From the NCBI GenBank assembly GCA_010909165.1, contig VJWM01000118.1, positions 62,001 through 126,000 on the forward strand: DNA of 64,000 nucleotides. Reading direction: 5' to 3'. This stretch comes from Anthoceros angustus. Its lineage: Eukaryota > Plantae > Anthocerotophyta. Shown one piece after another: positions 11,163-23,491 of this stretch (position 1 is the first letter of the stretch; each line of letters begins with the position of its first letter). A program made the position numbers and the translations under genes. The notes below the pieces were generated by a model. It was given only the letters and a program-made list of their open reading frames with translations. It ran no database searches and was not told the DNA's origin.

Positions 11163-13474
11163 ATGGTAGAACAGCCGGTTGTCCCTGCATGTAAGTTGCA
11201 CTCACGAGTGGATCCCGGTCTTTTCAAAAGTAGACTGGCACGTTTGTTTTGAAGTGTAGTGTCTCTGATGAATCAAAGCCATTACTTCATTTCTTGTGCT
11301 GAAGATCGGTGTCTAAACTTTCTTCGTGTCGCTGCGGTTCAGTGTCGGCAGCTCGCAAGCAACAACTGGATGCAGGCCGCAGGCGGCTGGAGAAATTTCG
11401 GGAGAAGAAAAATGCTGAGAAGGGCAAGAAAGTCTCCCTGGCTAAAGCCGATGACAGCAATAAGGCTGATTCACAAGGCCAGCTGGATGGGGGGCATGCG
11501 GCTGTTTCTGATGAGCAGTCAATGGCACGCCTTCCAGCTGCTGAGAGTCTGGTCAAATCAGTGCCCGGTGGATTGCCTTCAGAAAATGGTCACGTGAGTG
11601 ATGAGCATGAAGTGACTGAAAGCTCATCTCAAAAAGCAGAGCCCGTACCCCAGAGACCCTGGCAACCTTCCCAAGAGAACGGGGTGGCAGAGCAAAGGGT
11701 GGGAAACAGGGACAAGAGAACTGCAGTTCTCAACGACTTACATGATGGGGGAATGGCAGCAACTCAGTCAGGCAATGTTGATCCGGTCGGGTCAGAAAAC
11801 AAGGTTTCAGGGGAGCTGCCATTGCCTGTATCCTTTCCGCCAATTGAGAAGATTCCTCTTCCTGCAGGAGCTGATTCACAGTCAGGCTTTGGTGTTAAGA
11901 GACCACCGGCCCCTGATATTCCCCTCCTGGTGGGAGCTGGCACAGAATCACGCTCTAGTGTCAAGAGACTGCCCAACCAACAATCAGGCTCTGGTGTCAA
12001 GAGACTGCCGACTGATAAGATTCCTTTGCCGGTGGGAGCTGGAACACAACCAGGCGCTGGTGTAAACAGCCTGCCGACCCATAAAATTTCTTGTGATATT
12101 TCTCTGCCAGTGGGAACTGGCGCTCAATCAGGCTTTGGTGTTAACTCTCTGCCAGCCAATAGTTTACCTCCACCAATTGGAGCTGGAGTGCGATCAGGAG
12201 CTGATGTTGAAAAGGGCATTGAACAGGTTGTTCACAGTCCAACAAGGAAGGGAAGCTCGATGTCTCACAACTACTGGCAATCTGCAGCAAGCAAAGATGA
12301 TTTTCGTGCACTAGAGCAGCACATAGAAGATCTAACCCAGGAGAAGTTCTCTTTGCAGCGTGGCCTGGCTGTAGCAAATGAGGTGGCAGATCAGCTGGCT
12401 AAGGAACACTCTTCGTTGACTGAAAACTATAACCATCAGGGAAAGGTGGTCAACCAGCTCAGAGACGACGTTGCGCAGCAACAAGCAGAGATCCAAGCAC
12501 AGGCTCTGGTCATAGCAAGCCTGAGAGCTGAGAGGCAAAAGGCTCAACGTGAGAGTGCTAGTGCTATTGAGCGATCACAGACACTTGCGGCAGAGGTGGT
12601 TTCTCTTGAGGAGCGTGTGCTTCAGTTGAGGTCACAGGGGCTGAAGCTGGAAAGAAGTATGGAAGCCTTGACAGCTGAGAACGACTCACATAAGAAGCAA
12701 GTGTTGTCCTTGGAGAAAGATCGAGCAAATCTCAAATCCATGTTTGAGGCTGTCCAGGAGGAAAAGAAGGTGTTAACAGCTCGACTTCAGCAGTCGTCCA
12801 AGTCCCAACAGATCGCTTCGAGCCGGACTCCTTTGTCTGCCACCCTGAGGAAAGCAGACGCTTGCACTTCTACAGACGATATGCCACCAAGTTTTGGGAC
12901 TGGCGCTGCTGGTTTGTATCTGGGGGCTCCAACGGGGCAGGAGAGTAGTGAGCGGGGTATGTCTCAAGAGCAACGGGCACCTGATGACTCTCGTTTGTCA
13001 GGGGCTCCTGTGCAGACGCTGCAAGCAGGGGTGACTTCGCCTTCACCACGGGCTTCAGCCGTAGCCACTTGTGAAGTTCTAAATCAGAGAGCACTCAGCA
13101 GCTTCCCATTACCTCCGCTATCAGCTACCATCCCTGACTCTCAAGTTAAATGTATAGAGAGCATAAATTCTCTGATTGTAGAGTTGGCAGATGACAAGGC
13201 TGCTCTCATACGAGCACTGAATGCAGAGTCTGCTTCAGCGGCTGAACTGCGTTCTGCAAATATGGAGTTGCAACAGAAATTGGAGGCGCAGACTCAACGC
13301 TTAGAGCTGGTAATAGCTCAAAGCATTGCTGCCCGTGATAGTAGTTCAGTGTTTAGGCAGCATCAAGAGGAAGTGGCTTCTACAGGGGAAGGAGAAGGGG
13401 TGCTTGGATGGATCAAGTGGCTCATTCCCTCACGCAGGTCACCACCTACCAGGCGGCGATACCGATTACTTTAA
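11163..13474 (+). CDS. BLI: BLISTER-like coiled-coil protein (2 exons: 11163-11190 and 11343-13474)
   Basis: The spliced N-terminus reads MVEQPVVPALSAARKQQLDAGRRRLEKFREKK (intron GTAAGT...TTCAG, phase 1). Diagnostic BLI motifs: DDFRALEQHIEDLTQEKFSLQR, ERSQTLAAEVVSLEE, QKLEAQTQRLEL and C-terminal VLGWI. Confidence 0.9.
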
Positions 13475-13801
13475 AAGTTACTGTCTCGTATTCTTTTGAT
13501 TATGGATCAATAAATGTGAAGGCAAACCGCGCACCGAGCGACCCCAGAAGCCCCGCTTGGTCCTGGTGGCCTCGCTTCAAGCAAATGCTTTTCAAAACCG
13601 TATAATCTGTATGCCCGCCGTTGTCGTTGTACCCCTTCGTTTAGCATTCTGGGTGTTGCACATCCTATTTCATCTTGTGATGAAGTTCACTTAAAATTCA
13701 TCCATTTTACATACCCTAAAAATGGTCGGGACAACACAGTCCCGTAACAGAGACAACCAAGGCCATCAGGAAGGAAGCATCAAACATAAAAGTCCCATGA
13801 G

Positions 13802-15193
13802 TCAAGATGCATTCAAGTGATTTGGAGCACGGTCAAACATAACTCGCCACATAAAGGCTCGGGATAACACCATCTCCAGTTCCTGAAGCGTCCACTTTTG
13901 AGTTGGGAGATGTTGCAGGAACATAACCATGTCCTGAAAGTCAAGCTGCTGTAGTTGATCTGTCCAACTTAGCAGGAAACTTGCACACACATATACAAGA
14001 TATTCTGGAAAAGCATCTCCCTCTGACAAATATGTATCCCAGAGACGAGCTACACAAGAGAAGGGTATCTCACGTATCACAAGGCAGTTGAACCAGCGGA
14101 AGGCAAACTGCAGGAAATCGAGGCCCTGCTCCTCCAGATGTTTTGCCATAGGCTCATCAATCCGTCGCACCAGCTCCTTGAGCTTGAATACAAGACGCTG
14201 GATTCCTGGTTGGGCAAAAGTATAATGGTCCTGAATCCCATCTAGAAGCTTGGACAAACACCAGAAGCAATCTGCCTCCACCTGATATATGACAGACTGA
14301 GGCAACTCAGATACCTGCCAGCTCTCCATCTCGCCCTCGAGATGCTCCGACAGGAACACGACCAAAAAGGGTGTGAGCAGGTCGTTGATACCCTGAACGT
14401 AACCACTTGCAGGATGCCGAATGGCCCATATGTACAAAACACGTTCCAAAGACTTCTGAAGCACAGGCTGCTGGAAGAAAGGCACATCTGGAACTGTCCT
14501 AGGACAATCCACAGATATCTGCCGGAGAGTATGAATCTCATCCTCACTTCGCTCCGAATCTGGAATATCGTAATACGGCGTCACGCATTCAATGTACTCC
14601 TGCCGTTTCCTTGCCAGAGTCCCCTCCCTTCTATCTGCATTCGGTGGAGCATATCCCAGCAAAAGACGCCACACAAGAGGCCGCATATCAGGAGGAACCC
14701 CGCTCCATGCCAATTCCCGTAAAGCGTCCAAATCCACAGTTGTGGCCGCTAGCTCTTTCTTAAACTTGGCCACGCGCGCACTGTCAGTTGCTCTGCTCCC
14801 GGTGGCCGGCCTCGAGGAAGAGGAGTCGGTAGAGGAGGCAACCTTGTCTGTCGCAGGAGCCCCTGCCCCGGAAGACCCTCCTGCCTCCGCCTGTGAACCA
14901 GCAACCTCATCCTCCGCTCCATCCTGAGATCTACCACTCTTATCCACCCGCACCTCACCTGCGTTGCCGCTCCCGCTGGGGCCTTCATCCTCAGCTTGTC
15001 TGTCAGCAGCAGAGGCAGGATCAATCGGAGACCCGCTCCGAGGAGGCTGATCCGAGCCTTTCCGGCTCAGCAACACCTTGCCTGGAAAAGTACGGCCCCT
15101 CAGCAAACCCTGCACACTCTTAAGCGTCTGATTGAGCCGACGATCCAAACTGCCCTCCCGCTTCTCATTCTCATTCTCCTTCTCCGGCTTCAT
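13802..15193 (-). CDS. TBC-domain Rab GTPase-activating protein, GYP1/TBC1D22 type, coding region intronless
   Basis: LRELAWSGVP, QISVDCPRT (Arg finger), YVQGINDL (Gln finger), EADCFWC, FAFRWFNCL, RLWDTYL. First in-frame ATG at 15193; the ORF track start at 15199 is GTG. Confidence 0.93.
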   Translation of the reverse strand: MKPEKENENEKREGSLDRRLNQTLKSVQGLLRGRTFPGKVLLSRKGSDQPPRSGSPIDPASAADRQAEDEGPSGSGNAGEVRVDKSGRSQDGAEDEVAGSQAEAGGSSGAGAPATDKVASSTDSSSSRPATGSRATDSARVAKFKKELAATTVDLDALRELAWSGVPPDMRPLVWRLLLGYAPPNADRREGTLARKRQEYIECVTPYYDIPDSERSEDEIHTLRQISVDCPRTVPDVPFFQQPVLQKSLERVLYIWAIRHPASGYVQGINDLLTPFLVVFLSEHLEGEMESWQVSELPQSVIYQVEADCFWCLSKLLDGIQDHYTFAQPGIQRLVFKLKELVRRIDEPMAKHLEEQGLDFLQFAFRWFNCLVIREIPFSCVARLWDTYLSEGDAFPEYLVYVCASFLLSWTDQLQQLDFQDMVMFLQHLPTQKWTLQELEMVLSRAFMWRVMFDRAPNHLNAS

Positions 15194-15968
15194 CCCCACG
15201 GCCGTGGCAGCCCTGTTAGCCTTGCAATGTGTGCCTCAACACACGGAGCTAGCTATTGCTAATCCTGTTGCTACCCTTCACCCTCACCATGCCAGCCGCT
15301 GGTAACCGCATACACTAGCTGCTCACATCCAGCAACCCAGTACCAGTATTAGGGCGCACCATGAATCAATCCTTGCACACTCTGCACTTGACAGACAAAA
15401 TTACATTTCTTCGAGGCAAGCATCGAGCAACCATCCATGCGCCGGCCACTCACAAGCCACAAACAAAGCCCACACTGCTCTTTGGAGCGCTTGTCGAGCC
15501 ACTCAAAGCGGCAGCTCCATACACATTCGTACCATGGCATAGTTTTCCGAATATGTACCAATACGCCTTCTCTTACGGAATCGTATTACAGTATGCTCCT
15601 GAACGGACAGCACAGCACAGCATATCTGCACTATAAGCCCTAAACCTTGAAAGATCGACTTGCTAATTTGCCTCCTTCACTAGCTCCGAATAGACTTCTT
15701 CTTGCTTCTTCTTCTGGCGGGGTGGGTACTAAATCAGAGAATGAGACAGGAAGGAGGAAATGGAGAAGAGAGGAGGAGGAGGAGAAGGTAAAACGGAAAG
15801 TGGGGGGGTCCAAAAATGTGTACATAAGTTGCTATAAGTTAGTCTAGCCTTAACAGGACTAAATCCTGAGAATGAGAATCCGGTACGAGTAGAGCTGTGA
15901 ATGCAAACTGGTTCTCGTTGCTTGTTGTATGAGCTGGCCTGAGTGTGTCTCCAATTCAACAGTCAAGC

Positions 15969-18900
15969 ATGTCGAGCAATGCAGGTGGCGAGGGGGGAGG
16001 TTCTCACGTGGTGAGGGTGCCGCCGAGGCCTTTGCTGGATCTGAGTGGGGCTGCAATTCAAGGGTCCACCGAGGAGAGGAATCCCACAATTCTGCTGCCC
16101 AACCAGAGTGATGACATTTTCCACTTCGCCATCGACTTGGGAGGTAGTTGTCACAGTCATTGTGGTGCTCTGGAAGGGACAGAAAATTGGAGTGTTGTGG
16201 AATTGACTGGGTGCTGAATCTGCTGTCTGCTCTTGTTCTGCAGGGTCTTTGGTTAAGCTGGTCTACTTCACACGGCGGCCCGAGTCCAGCCCAGCCTTGG
16301 GTCCACAGCTGGAGAGGAGGTGGTCCAGTTTTAAGTCAACATCTCCTGTGCTGGGTGGTCGACTCACGTTTGTCAAGTTTGAGACCAGCAAGCTGAATGA
16401 GTGCATCAAGTTCATCCAGTCCAAGAAGCTGCATTTCGGGATCTCGAAAGGTTCTTGTTGTCCATTGTTGGTACATGCTCGTGATGTGGGATTTTGTTTT
16501 ACACATGACCAGGCTGTCAGCATGATGCTCTATGCCTTGTGGTTTTGTCCTTGACATATTCGGGTTATTCCTTAATCACATTGATGAACATGCTGTATTT
16601 GAAGCCCCTGCAGAAGTACAAGCAGACGGGCAGACATTGGCTCGTAATCCCCAGCATGGACCTACTGTTAAGGTATTGATCTGGAGCGCTGAATCCTTGA
16701 ACAGGTTTTTGAGCTCTATGATGCAAGGGGCGTAGGGAGAAATATTGTTCCCAACACTGGTTTCGTTTATCTGATTGGATGAACGTAAAGCTAGCTTAGC
16801 ATGGTGGTTAATAACTTAAGGCTCACCTCGTAAGCCTCATGTAATTTCCTCGGCCAAGGCCACAGGTGGTGGGGCTTTCAAGTACTCGGATTTGTTCAAG
16901 GAGCAGCTTGGCATTACCTTAGACAAGGAAGACGAGATGGCTTGCTTGGTATCAGGCGCAAATTTCCTACTTAGAGTATGTGGAAGTAGACCTCTTTCCC
17001 TCCTACCATTTGCAGCTGAGATTGAAAATGCAATGTCAAAGTGCTTACGTCTTTACAGCATTTCCGGAAGAGATAAGGTGATAAAAAAATTGGTGCTCTG
17101 TTGCAGGCTATACGCGATGAGGCTTTCACACACCTGGAAGGCCAGAAACAGTTTGTTCACATTGACCAAAATGACCTGTTCCCTTACCTGCTAGTGAATA
17201 TTGGTTCGGGAGTGAGCATGATCAAGGTAGCAGAGCTGGTTCAGTTTTTATGCAAAGGCAGGTGTCAAGGTTTCATGGAGCATCACAGAATTAGACGTTG
17301 TAGTCCATTCATCTTCCTTCTCGTTCTATAGGTTGATGGAGATGGAAAATTTGAGAGAGTCAGTGGAACAAATGTTGGTGGCGGTACATTCTGGGGCCTT
17401 GGAAGGCTCCTTACCAAGTGCAAGAGGCAAGTCGCTGAGTCCACTGATTTCTAACATTCTATTAGAGGCAGCCATCGCTGTCATCTCTTATTTGCTCCCG
17501 AGGGGCAAAATGATCATGCACGTTTTCTGAACAGTTTTGACGAAATTCTGGAGCTGACCCAGGCTGGGGACAATAGTCAGATTGACATGCTTGTCGGTGA
17601 TATATACGGTGGCCTGGATTACTCAAAGGTATTATCTTCAGTCTAGGTAGTCTTCAGACCAATGAATTTGGGTGCAAGAACAAGTTTTCTCATGCTGGTC
17701 TATTTTGGACGGGCAACAGATTGGTCTTTCTGCTTCGACCATAGCTTCAAGTTTTGGCAAAGTTCTGCAAGAAAACAAGGATCTGTCTGATTATAGGAGA
17801 GAAGATATTGCACTTTCCTTGCTACGAATGATATCCTACAACATTGGACAGGTGAGGGCAATCACGTGACTTATGCCTGCTCCTATCTTTGATAGTTCCT
17901 TGTGGCTGACATCTGTGTTCAGCTTTCCTGATGGTCAGCTGGGCTCATCTTGTTTGTGCCTGGTCTAGATTGCATATTTGAACGCTTTACAATATGGACT
18001 TAAGCGCATATTTTTCGGGGGATTCTTTATCCGTGGTCATGCCTACACCATGGATACCATGTCCTTTGCAGTAAGATTTTGGTGAGTGAGTCCTTGGCTG
18101 ATATACATTGAATGATGCTTCAGTCCATGATCACAGCACCACAGGGTCATGTCTCTTGCTTGTATTTGACCCTCTTTTGTACACAGGTCTAAAGGCGAGG
18201 CACAGGCTATGTTTTTGAGACATGAAGGCTACTTGGGAGCATTGGGTGCCTTCCTTAGCTATGACAAGCATGGGCTTGGCCAACTGACACCTCATCAGCT
18301 TGTGGAGCGATTTCCAATGGGTGCTCCTTGTGTAGGTGGTGAAATCCAGGGTCCTCCCATCCAGGATCTAAATGAAAAGGTAACGCTGCCTACAAATTTC
18401 AAGCTTCGCTTTTGACTTGTCTCCTGAGGAAGGAACATGGTTGTCCTACGGTCTCACCTTGTCATGTTTAAGCTTATTCGTGACGGCCATAGTACACATT
18501 ATGTGGGAAGTGGCTGGTATTTTAAATTGACATGTGTTATTATGCCTGATCTTCCAGATCACATGGATGGAGAAGTTTATGCGGAAAGGAGGCGACATTG
18601 TTGGACCAATACCAACAGCCTCTTCTGGCACAACAGGGCTTGGTGGTTTTGAGCGACCTCTAGCACGTGCCGGTCTTTTGCGGTCTGATGCTAGTGCAGC
18701 TCTCAATGTTGGGGTTCTCCATCTGATTCCTTCGTTGGAGCCATTCCCACTGCTTTTGGATCCAAGAGGGTGGGATTATTGTCGACCACTAAGATGCCAT
18801 GTTTTAAATCAGCTGATGTGTGTAGAGCTGTCCCCGACGTGTCCATCTGAGCTCAATTGATGTTGTTGTTGTTTTTAGGTATGAGCCCAACACAGTGGAT

Positions 18901-20938
18901 CTTAATTCAGAAGGTGAACGGAAGTAAGTTGACAGTGTTCTAATAGCCCTCTTTCTGAAGCTGACAACGCTTTCCTCATAATGCACTTTGAAACCTGGTG
19001 CTCACAGTCTTTTCATTGTTTGTTGCAGATATTGGCTCAACGTTCTTTCAGAACACTTGCCTGATCTTGTAGAGACAGTGAGTGCCTTGAAAGTTTTCAC
19101 AGCTCTGGTGATCAAGTCCTATCTCACTATTGTTCTTGTTTGGTTTTAGTTGTTCTAAACCCTTTGCCCAAAACGTTCAGGCTGTTGCTAGTGAAGGAGG
19201 TACTGAGGATGCCAAGAGGAGGGGTGATGCATTTGCTCAAGCCTTCAGGGCTCACCTTGTAAGGCGAGTCTTCTCTCTCGTCCTCTAGGAAAATGGCAAT
19301 TGTGTTGATCATTCATAGCTTATGAATACTTGATTTTCCTTTGGTTTAGCTGCTCACTCTGTGCTGTTCTCGCTACCAACAGACTATGTGAGGAGCCTGC
19401 TGCGTATGGCAAACTTGGCTTGGCCAACTTGTTGGAAATGAGAGAAGAATGTCTGCGAGAGTTCCACTTCATGGATGCTTATAGATCAATCAAGCAGAGG
19501 TGATCCATTTCCTGGCTCGTGAACCTTGTCAAAACATTACTTGATGAACAGTTGGAGTGTGATCTTGTATTGTTGGTCGTGTTAGGGAGAACGAAGCAGC
19601 TTTGGCAGTGTTACCTGATCTGCTATCGGAGCTCGACAGCATGGAGCCGGTACTTTCTGTTGTCCGTGCTTATCTTGTCTGTGCTTGTCTTTCTTTGCTA
19701 ATTATTGTAGTATTTATATTTTGTTGGACACTAAGGAACACTGTTATGGCAGAGGACAAGATGGTTGGCTATCATAGAAGGCGTTCTTGCTGCAAACATA
19801 TTTGACTGGGGTGCACGTGCATGTGTGGAGCTGTATCAGAAGGGCACAATTCTTGAAATCTATCGAATGAGCCGGAATAAGATGCAGCGTCCTGGCAGGT
19901 ATGACTATTACAATCTTAAAGTTTGTGTAGACTGTTACAGTTATGCCGTGCAGAAGTAGTAACCATCGTGGCCTAAGCAGGTGGATGACTTTGACACACT
20001 GGAAAAGAGGTTGCTTGGCGATGCTGATGGAACACCGCCGCACCACCACAAACGAGCACTGCTGTTTGTTGACAACTCAGGAGCTGATGTGGTACTGGGC
20101 ATGATTCCATTCGCCCGCGAGCTTTTGAGGCGAGGGACAGAGGTGCGCTCCTTGAGGCTTTGCGTCTGAATCTGCTTCAGCCAAAGCCAATTGGTTCTTA
20201 ACTTTGGAATCTTTTCCCAGGTTGTGCTTGTTGCGAACTCCCTTCCAGCCATAAATGACGTCACAGCTCGAGAGCTCCCAGGTGTTGTGGCTGCTGCAGC
20301 AAAGGTGAGAATTCAATCATTTATCCAGAAGGTAGACTTCGCTCCGGTAGAAACATTGACTTAAACCTCCTCCACTCTGTGTTTTCAGCATAGTGACATC
20401 CTTCGAAAAGCAGCCAAGGCAGGAGAGATTCTGATTGATGCAATGGAGCCAGAGAGCACAGAAGTTTCTTCTTCCACATATGAGACCCCCAAGCTGATGA
20501 TAGCTGAAAATGGATGTGGAAGTCCCTGCATCGATCTTCGTCAAGTCAGCTCAGAACTTGCTGCTCTCGCCCAGGATGCAGATCTGGTACTTCCTTCCTT
20601 CCGTCTTGAAGCTCATCGTTATATCTTGTGATCGATACAGATTCCTGAGCAGAAGGAACTTCTGGTGTGGCAGGTCGTCTTGGAAGGGATGGGACGAGCT
20701 CTTAACACAAACTACAGGGCCCGATTTAAATGTGATGCTCTCAAGGTGAATATATCTTTCATTTTCCGAATATGTTCCTGAATTTGTGGAGGACCACACT
20801 GTCGTCTGACTGAATTGACGTGCCGTGTAGCTTGCTATGCTAAAGAACAAGCATCTGGCCGGGCAGCTGGTGGGGGGGAAGATGTACGACTCTGTTTGTA
20901 GATTCGAGCCTTGGAACGGAGCTGCAGAGTTTAACTAG
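15969..20938 (+). CDS. PANK2: Bifunctional pantothenate kinase 2 (PanK domain plus C-terminal DUF89/ARMT1-like phosphatase), more than 20 exons
   Basis: Exons encode [84 protein letters not shown] and [10 protein letters not shown]. The model ends ...[13 protein letters not shown] at 20938. GC donors at 17427 and 19264. Confidence 0.95.
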
Positions 20939-21287
20939 ATAGAGGAAGAAGGGCTGCGATGCAGGCATTTTTCAAAATACCATTCGCATTGAAACATTGC
21001 CCAGCATAGGGCAAATTTGATCGAAATTGCTCATTCAAAACCGACTTGGCCGAGAGTGAATGTGACTGATTGGAGACAGTTCCTTGGTCGTTATAATCAT
21101 CCATCCACTAGAAAATTTGATGTTCACAAACCAAATACAAAGCTCGTCAAACTAGCGTGCCTACAGTATGAAGTCATCAGTGATGAAGGCGATGGTCATA
21201 TTCACAGTTGTCAGGAACGAAGAAAAGTCTCTTAAAAGAAAAACCACCAGTGGTCGTCACGTTTCTTCGAGCAGTCCGGAAAAGTTC

Positions 21288-22375
21288 CTATCTCTTGCGC
21301 ATAAAGGCTGCAGCAACTCCACTAGCAACAAGGCCTACGGCAGCAGCTGCTAAACCCACGCCGATAACTCCATCTACAGGCAAGCCTCTAAGTCAGAAAA
21401 TGAAAAAGTGAGCTTCAGCCAACGACGTCACTGAACTGAAACAGGCTATGGCATACCTTTGGCAATTTTGTCCTCAACAACCTTCTTTAACACCAGAGCC
21501 TGCCTGAAATCCGGTGCTAACTGCAGTCACAGCACTGAAGGTTATCGGTGCAATGTTCATGCTAGGATCTCAATTCTACTTTGCTGAGAATCTCACCTGC
21601 AGAGCCTGGTCAACCAACCGGCGGGCTCGTCCATAGTCACCCGCCCTGTACTGCCCGACCGCCAACAGGTAAATAATCTCCCTGCTCTGAAGAGGCACAT
21701 TCTTTTGAGACAAAAAAGCTGCATCCACATGTGGTTCGCAACATAAGTTCCCGTTGAGCCAAACATGGATGGAACCATTGTGAGAATCTTGACCAAAACA
21801 ATAGATACTAACATTCCAGCATGGCAATGCCTCGTTGTACATCATCAGGTCGCTGTGAATGAACAAGAGCCCAGGCCAGTCTCATGATACTCTCACTCCT
21901 ATCCTGACCACCAGGGGTCCATTGTCCTTCTCCAGCTGCCTCCCGTTCACATTCCTGAGAGAAAAGCCACTCTGAGAAAACTAACGCTCGCATGATCAGT
22001 GCCTACTTCACCAACTCCTCACCGCTCCAGACAGGCAGCACGATCTGCACATCAAACTCGGTCTGCCATCTTGCACACAGTTGCACCAGATCCATGCCAA
22101 TCCTGCCTCAAACCGGGTCCAACTCATCTGAAATCCTGCAATCCAGCACCCAAACAGATGGCTTCGCAGATCCAACTCACACCGCTCCCTAGTCCAGCAG
22201 ACGCACAAAAGATGCACCACAAAACATCATCCCTTCTCCCAGACGAACCCTAATTCTGCCAACGACACATCACAGAGCCATTCGAGTCACGTACAACGAT
22301 CATGTCCGCATCGGTCCAAGGCAGGTTGTCACGGGTGCCAAATATCGAAGAGATCTTGTCTAGAAACCCCTCCAT
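21288..22375 (-). CDS. FIS1: Mitochondrial/peroxisomal fission protein FIS1, conserved copy (5 exons)
   Basis: MEGFLDKISSIFGTRDNLPWTD | ECEREAAG...MRLAWALVHSQRPDDVQRGIAMLE | REIIYLLAVGQYRAGDY | LAPDFRQALVLKKVVEDKIAK | DGVIGVGLAAAAVGLVASGVAAAFMRKR* (tail-anchor TM). Confidence 0.93.
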
Positions 22376-22596
22376 TCCGCTTCAGAATTTTCCCTCCCAC
22401 GCCGCAGCAACGCAGAAAGCGCCTGGCAAAGCCAATGGTTTGTGACGGCCCCGATCAGGCTGTGCTCCCTGTTCGCTGTTTCCAAGATGCAATTGCACGC
22501 TTCTTGTACAGGGTTTTGCTTCACCAACAAGTCGTCGGAGAGTGGCTGGAGTGGCGGGAAGTGCCGGTGGCCGGTAAATTTGCACCGGGTGGCACT

Positions 22597-22960
22597 TGAT
22601 ATCCACACTTGTCCAAATGGCTTAGGCCAAATGGACACACATTTATAAGAACGCCGTGATTGAGCATCCTGAGCTTATATCGGTACTTAAATGGGGTGCC
22701 TAAAGGGAGTGGATGCCCTTTGTGCAAGTAACTTGAGCTTATATCGGTACTTAAATGGGGTGTTAAAGGGAGTGGATGTCCTTTGTGCAAGTAACTTGAG
22801 CTTATATCCGTACTTAAATGGAGTGCCTAAAGGGAGTGGATGCCCTTTGTGCAAGTAACTTAGGCACACCATGGTACAAGTTGTTAAGTACCAAGTCCCA
22901 TGACGGAAATCCGTCTTTAGTAGACTTAAATAAAATTCTTCTTCTTCTTCTTCCCACCCG
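22597..22960. mobile_element. About 365-bp insertion in the FIS1 upstream region carrying 3 tandem copies of a 63-64-bp unit
   Basis: Absent from the paralogous upstream region at about 24780-24790. Unit cttgagcttatatcggtacttaaatggggtgcctaaagggagtggatgccctttgtgcaagtaa occurs three times (22669-22860). Hairpin GACGGA-AA-TCCGTC near the right end. Confidence 0.6.
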
Positions 22961-23084
22961 GAGGCTTGCTGACCGCGGGTGAAACCGGATGAACCAGCCC
23001 GACGCTAATTTACCTGGAATCGGAACGCTTGAGTCGTGGAAGTCGTAGAAGTCGTGCCGGCCTGGTGAGGGGAGGAGAGTGAAA

Positions 23085-23260
23085 CTCTGTACGATGCTCG
23101 CCGTCAGAGTAGCGAGGATTGTACAACCAGGGGCAAAGGCAATTCCCGTAGAGTGCTTGCAGTGTCGCCTGTTCTCAAGACGTTTCTTGGTGTTGGAGAG
23201 ATCCCGTTTGTGGACCTCATGAACTCGGTGTGGAGTTACGAGGAGGAGCTGCAGGCAAAT
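23085..23260 (+). pseudogene. Truncated duplicate of SWIB gene exon 1
   Basis: VSPVLKTFLGVGEIPFVDLMNSVWSY versus intact VSPVLKKFLGVGEISRVDLTKSVWSY. It keeps the CAG|GCAA donor but has no exon 2. Confidence 0.8.
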
Positions 23261-23491
23261 TTTCTGTCCTGTTTTTTTTTCCATTTTAGGGCTTTGCTTT
23301 GCATCCATCTAATAGAACAAGCGATGTTCCCAATCCAAATGCAAATCCCATCAAACGAGCTCTGCCTACAGTATGAAGTCATCAGTGATGAAGGAGATGG
23401 TCAATTTCACAGTCGTCAGCCACTAAGGATAGCCTCTTAGAAGGAAAGGAACCAGTGGTAGTTACGTTTCTTCTCCAGTCCGGGTAAGCCC

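Noticed and set aside
11309-11342. ORF-track starts for BLI (11309), AUG1 (3090), TBC (15199) and RsmH (55680)
   Set aside because: These are GTG/TTG starts from a prokaryote-style ORF caller; ATG-based or spliced starts were used instead.
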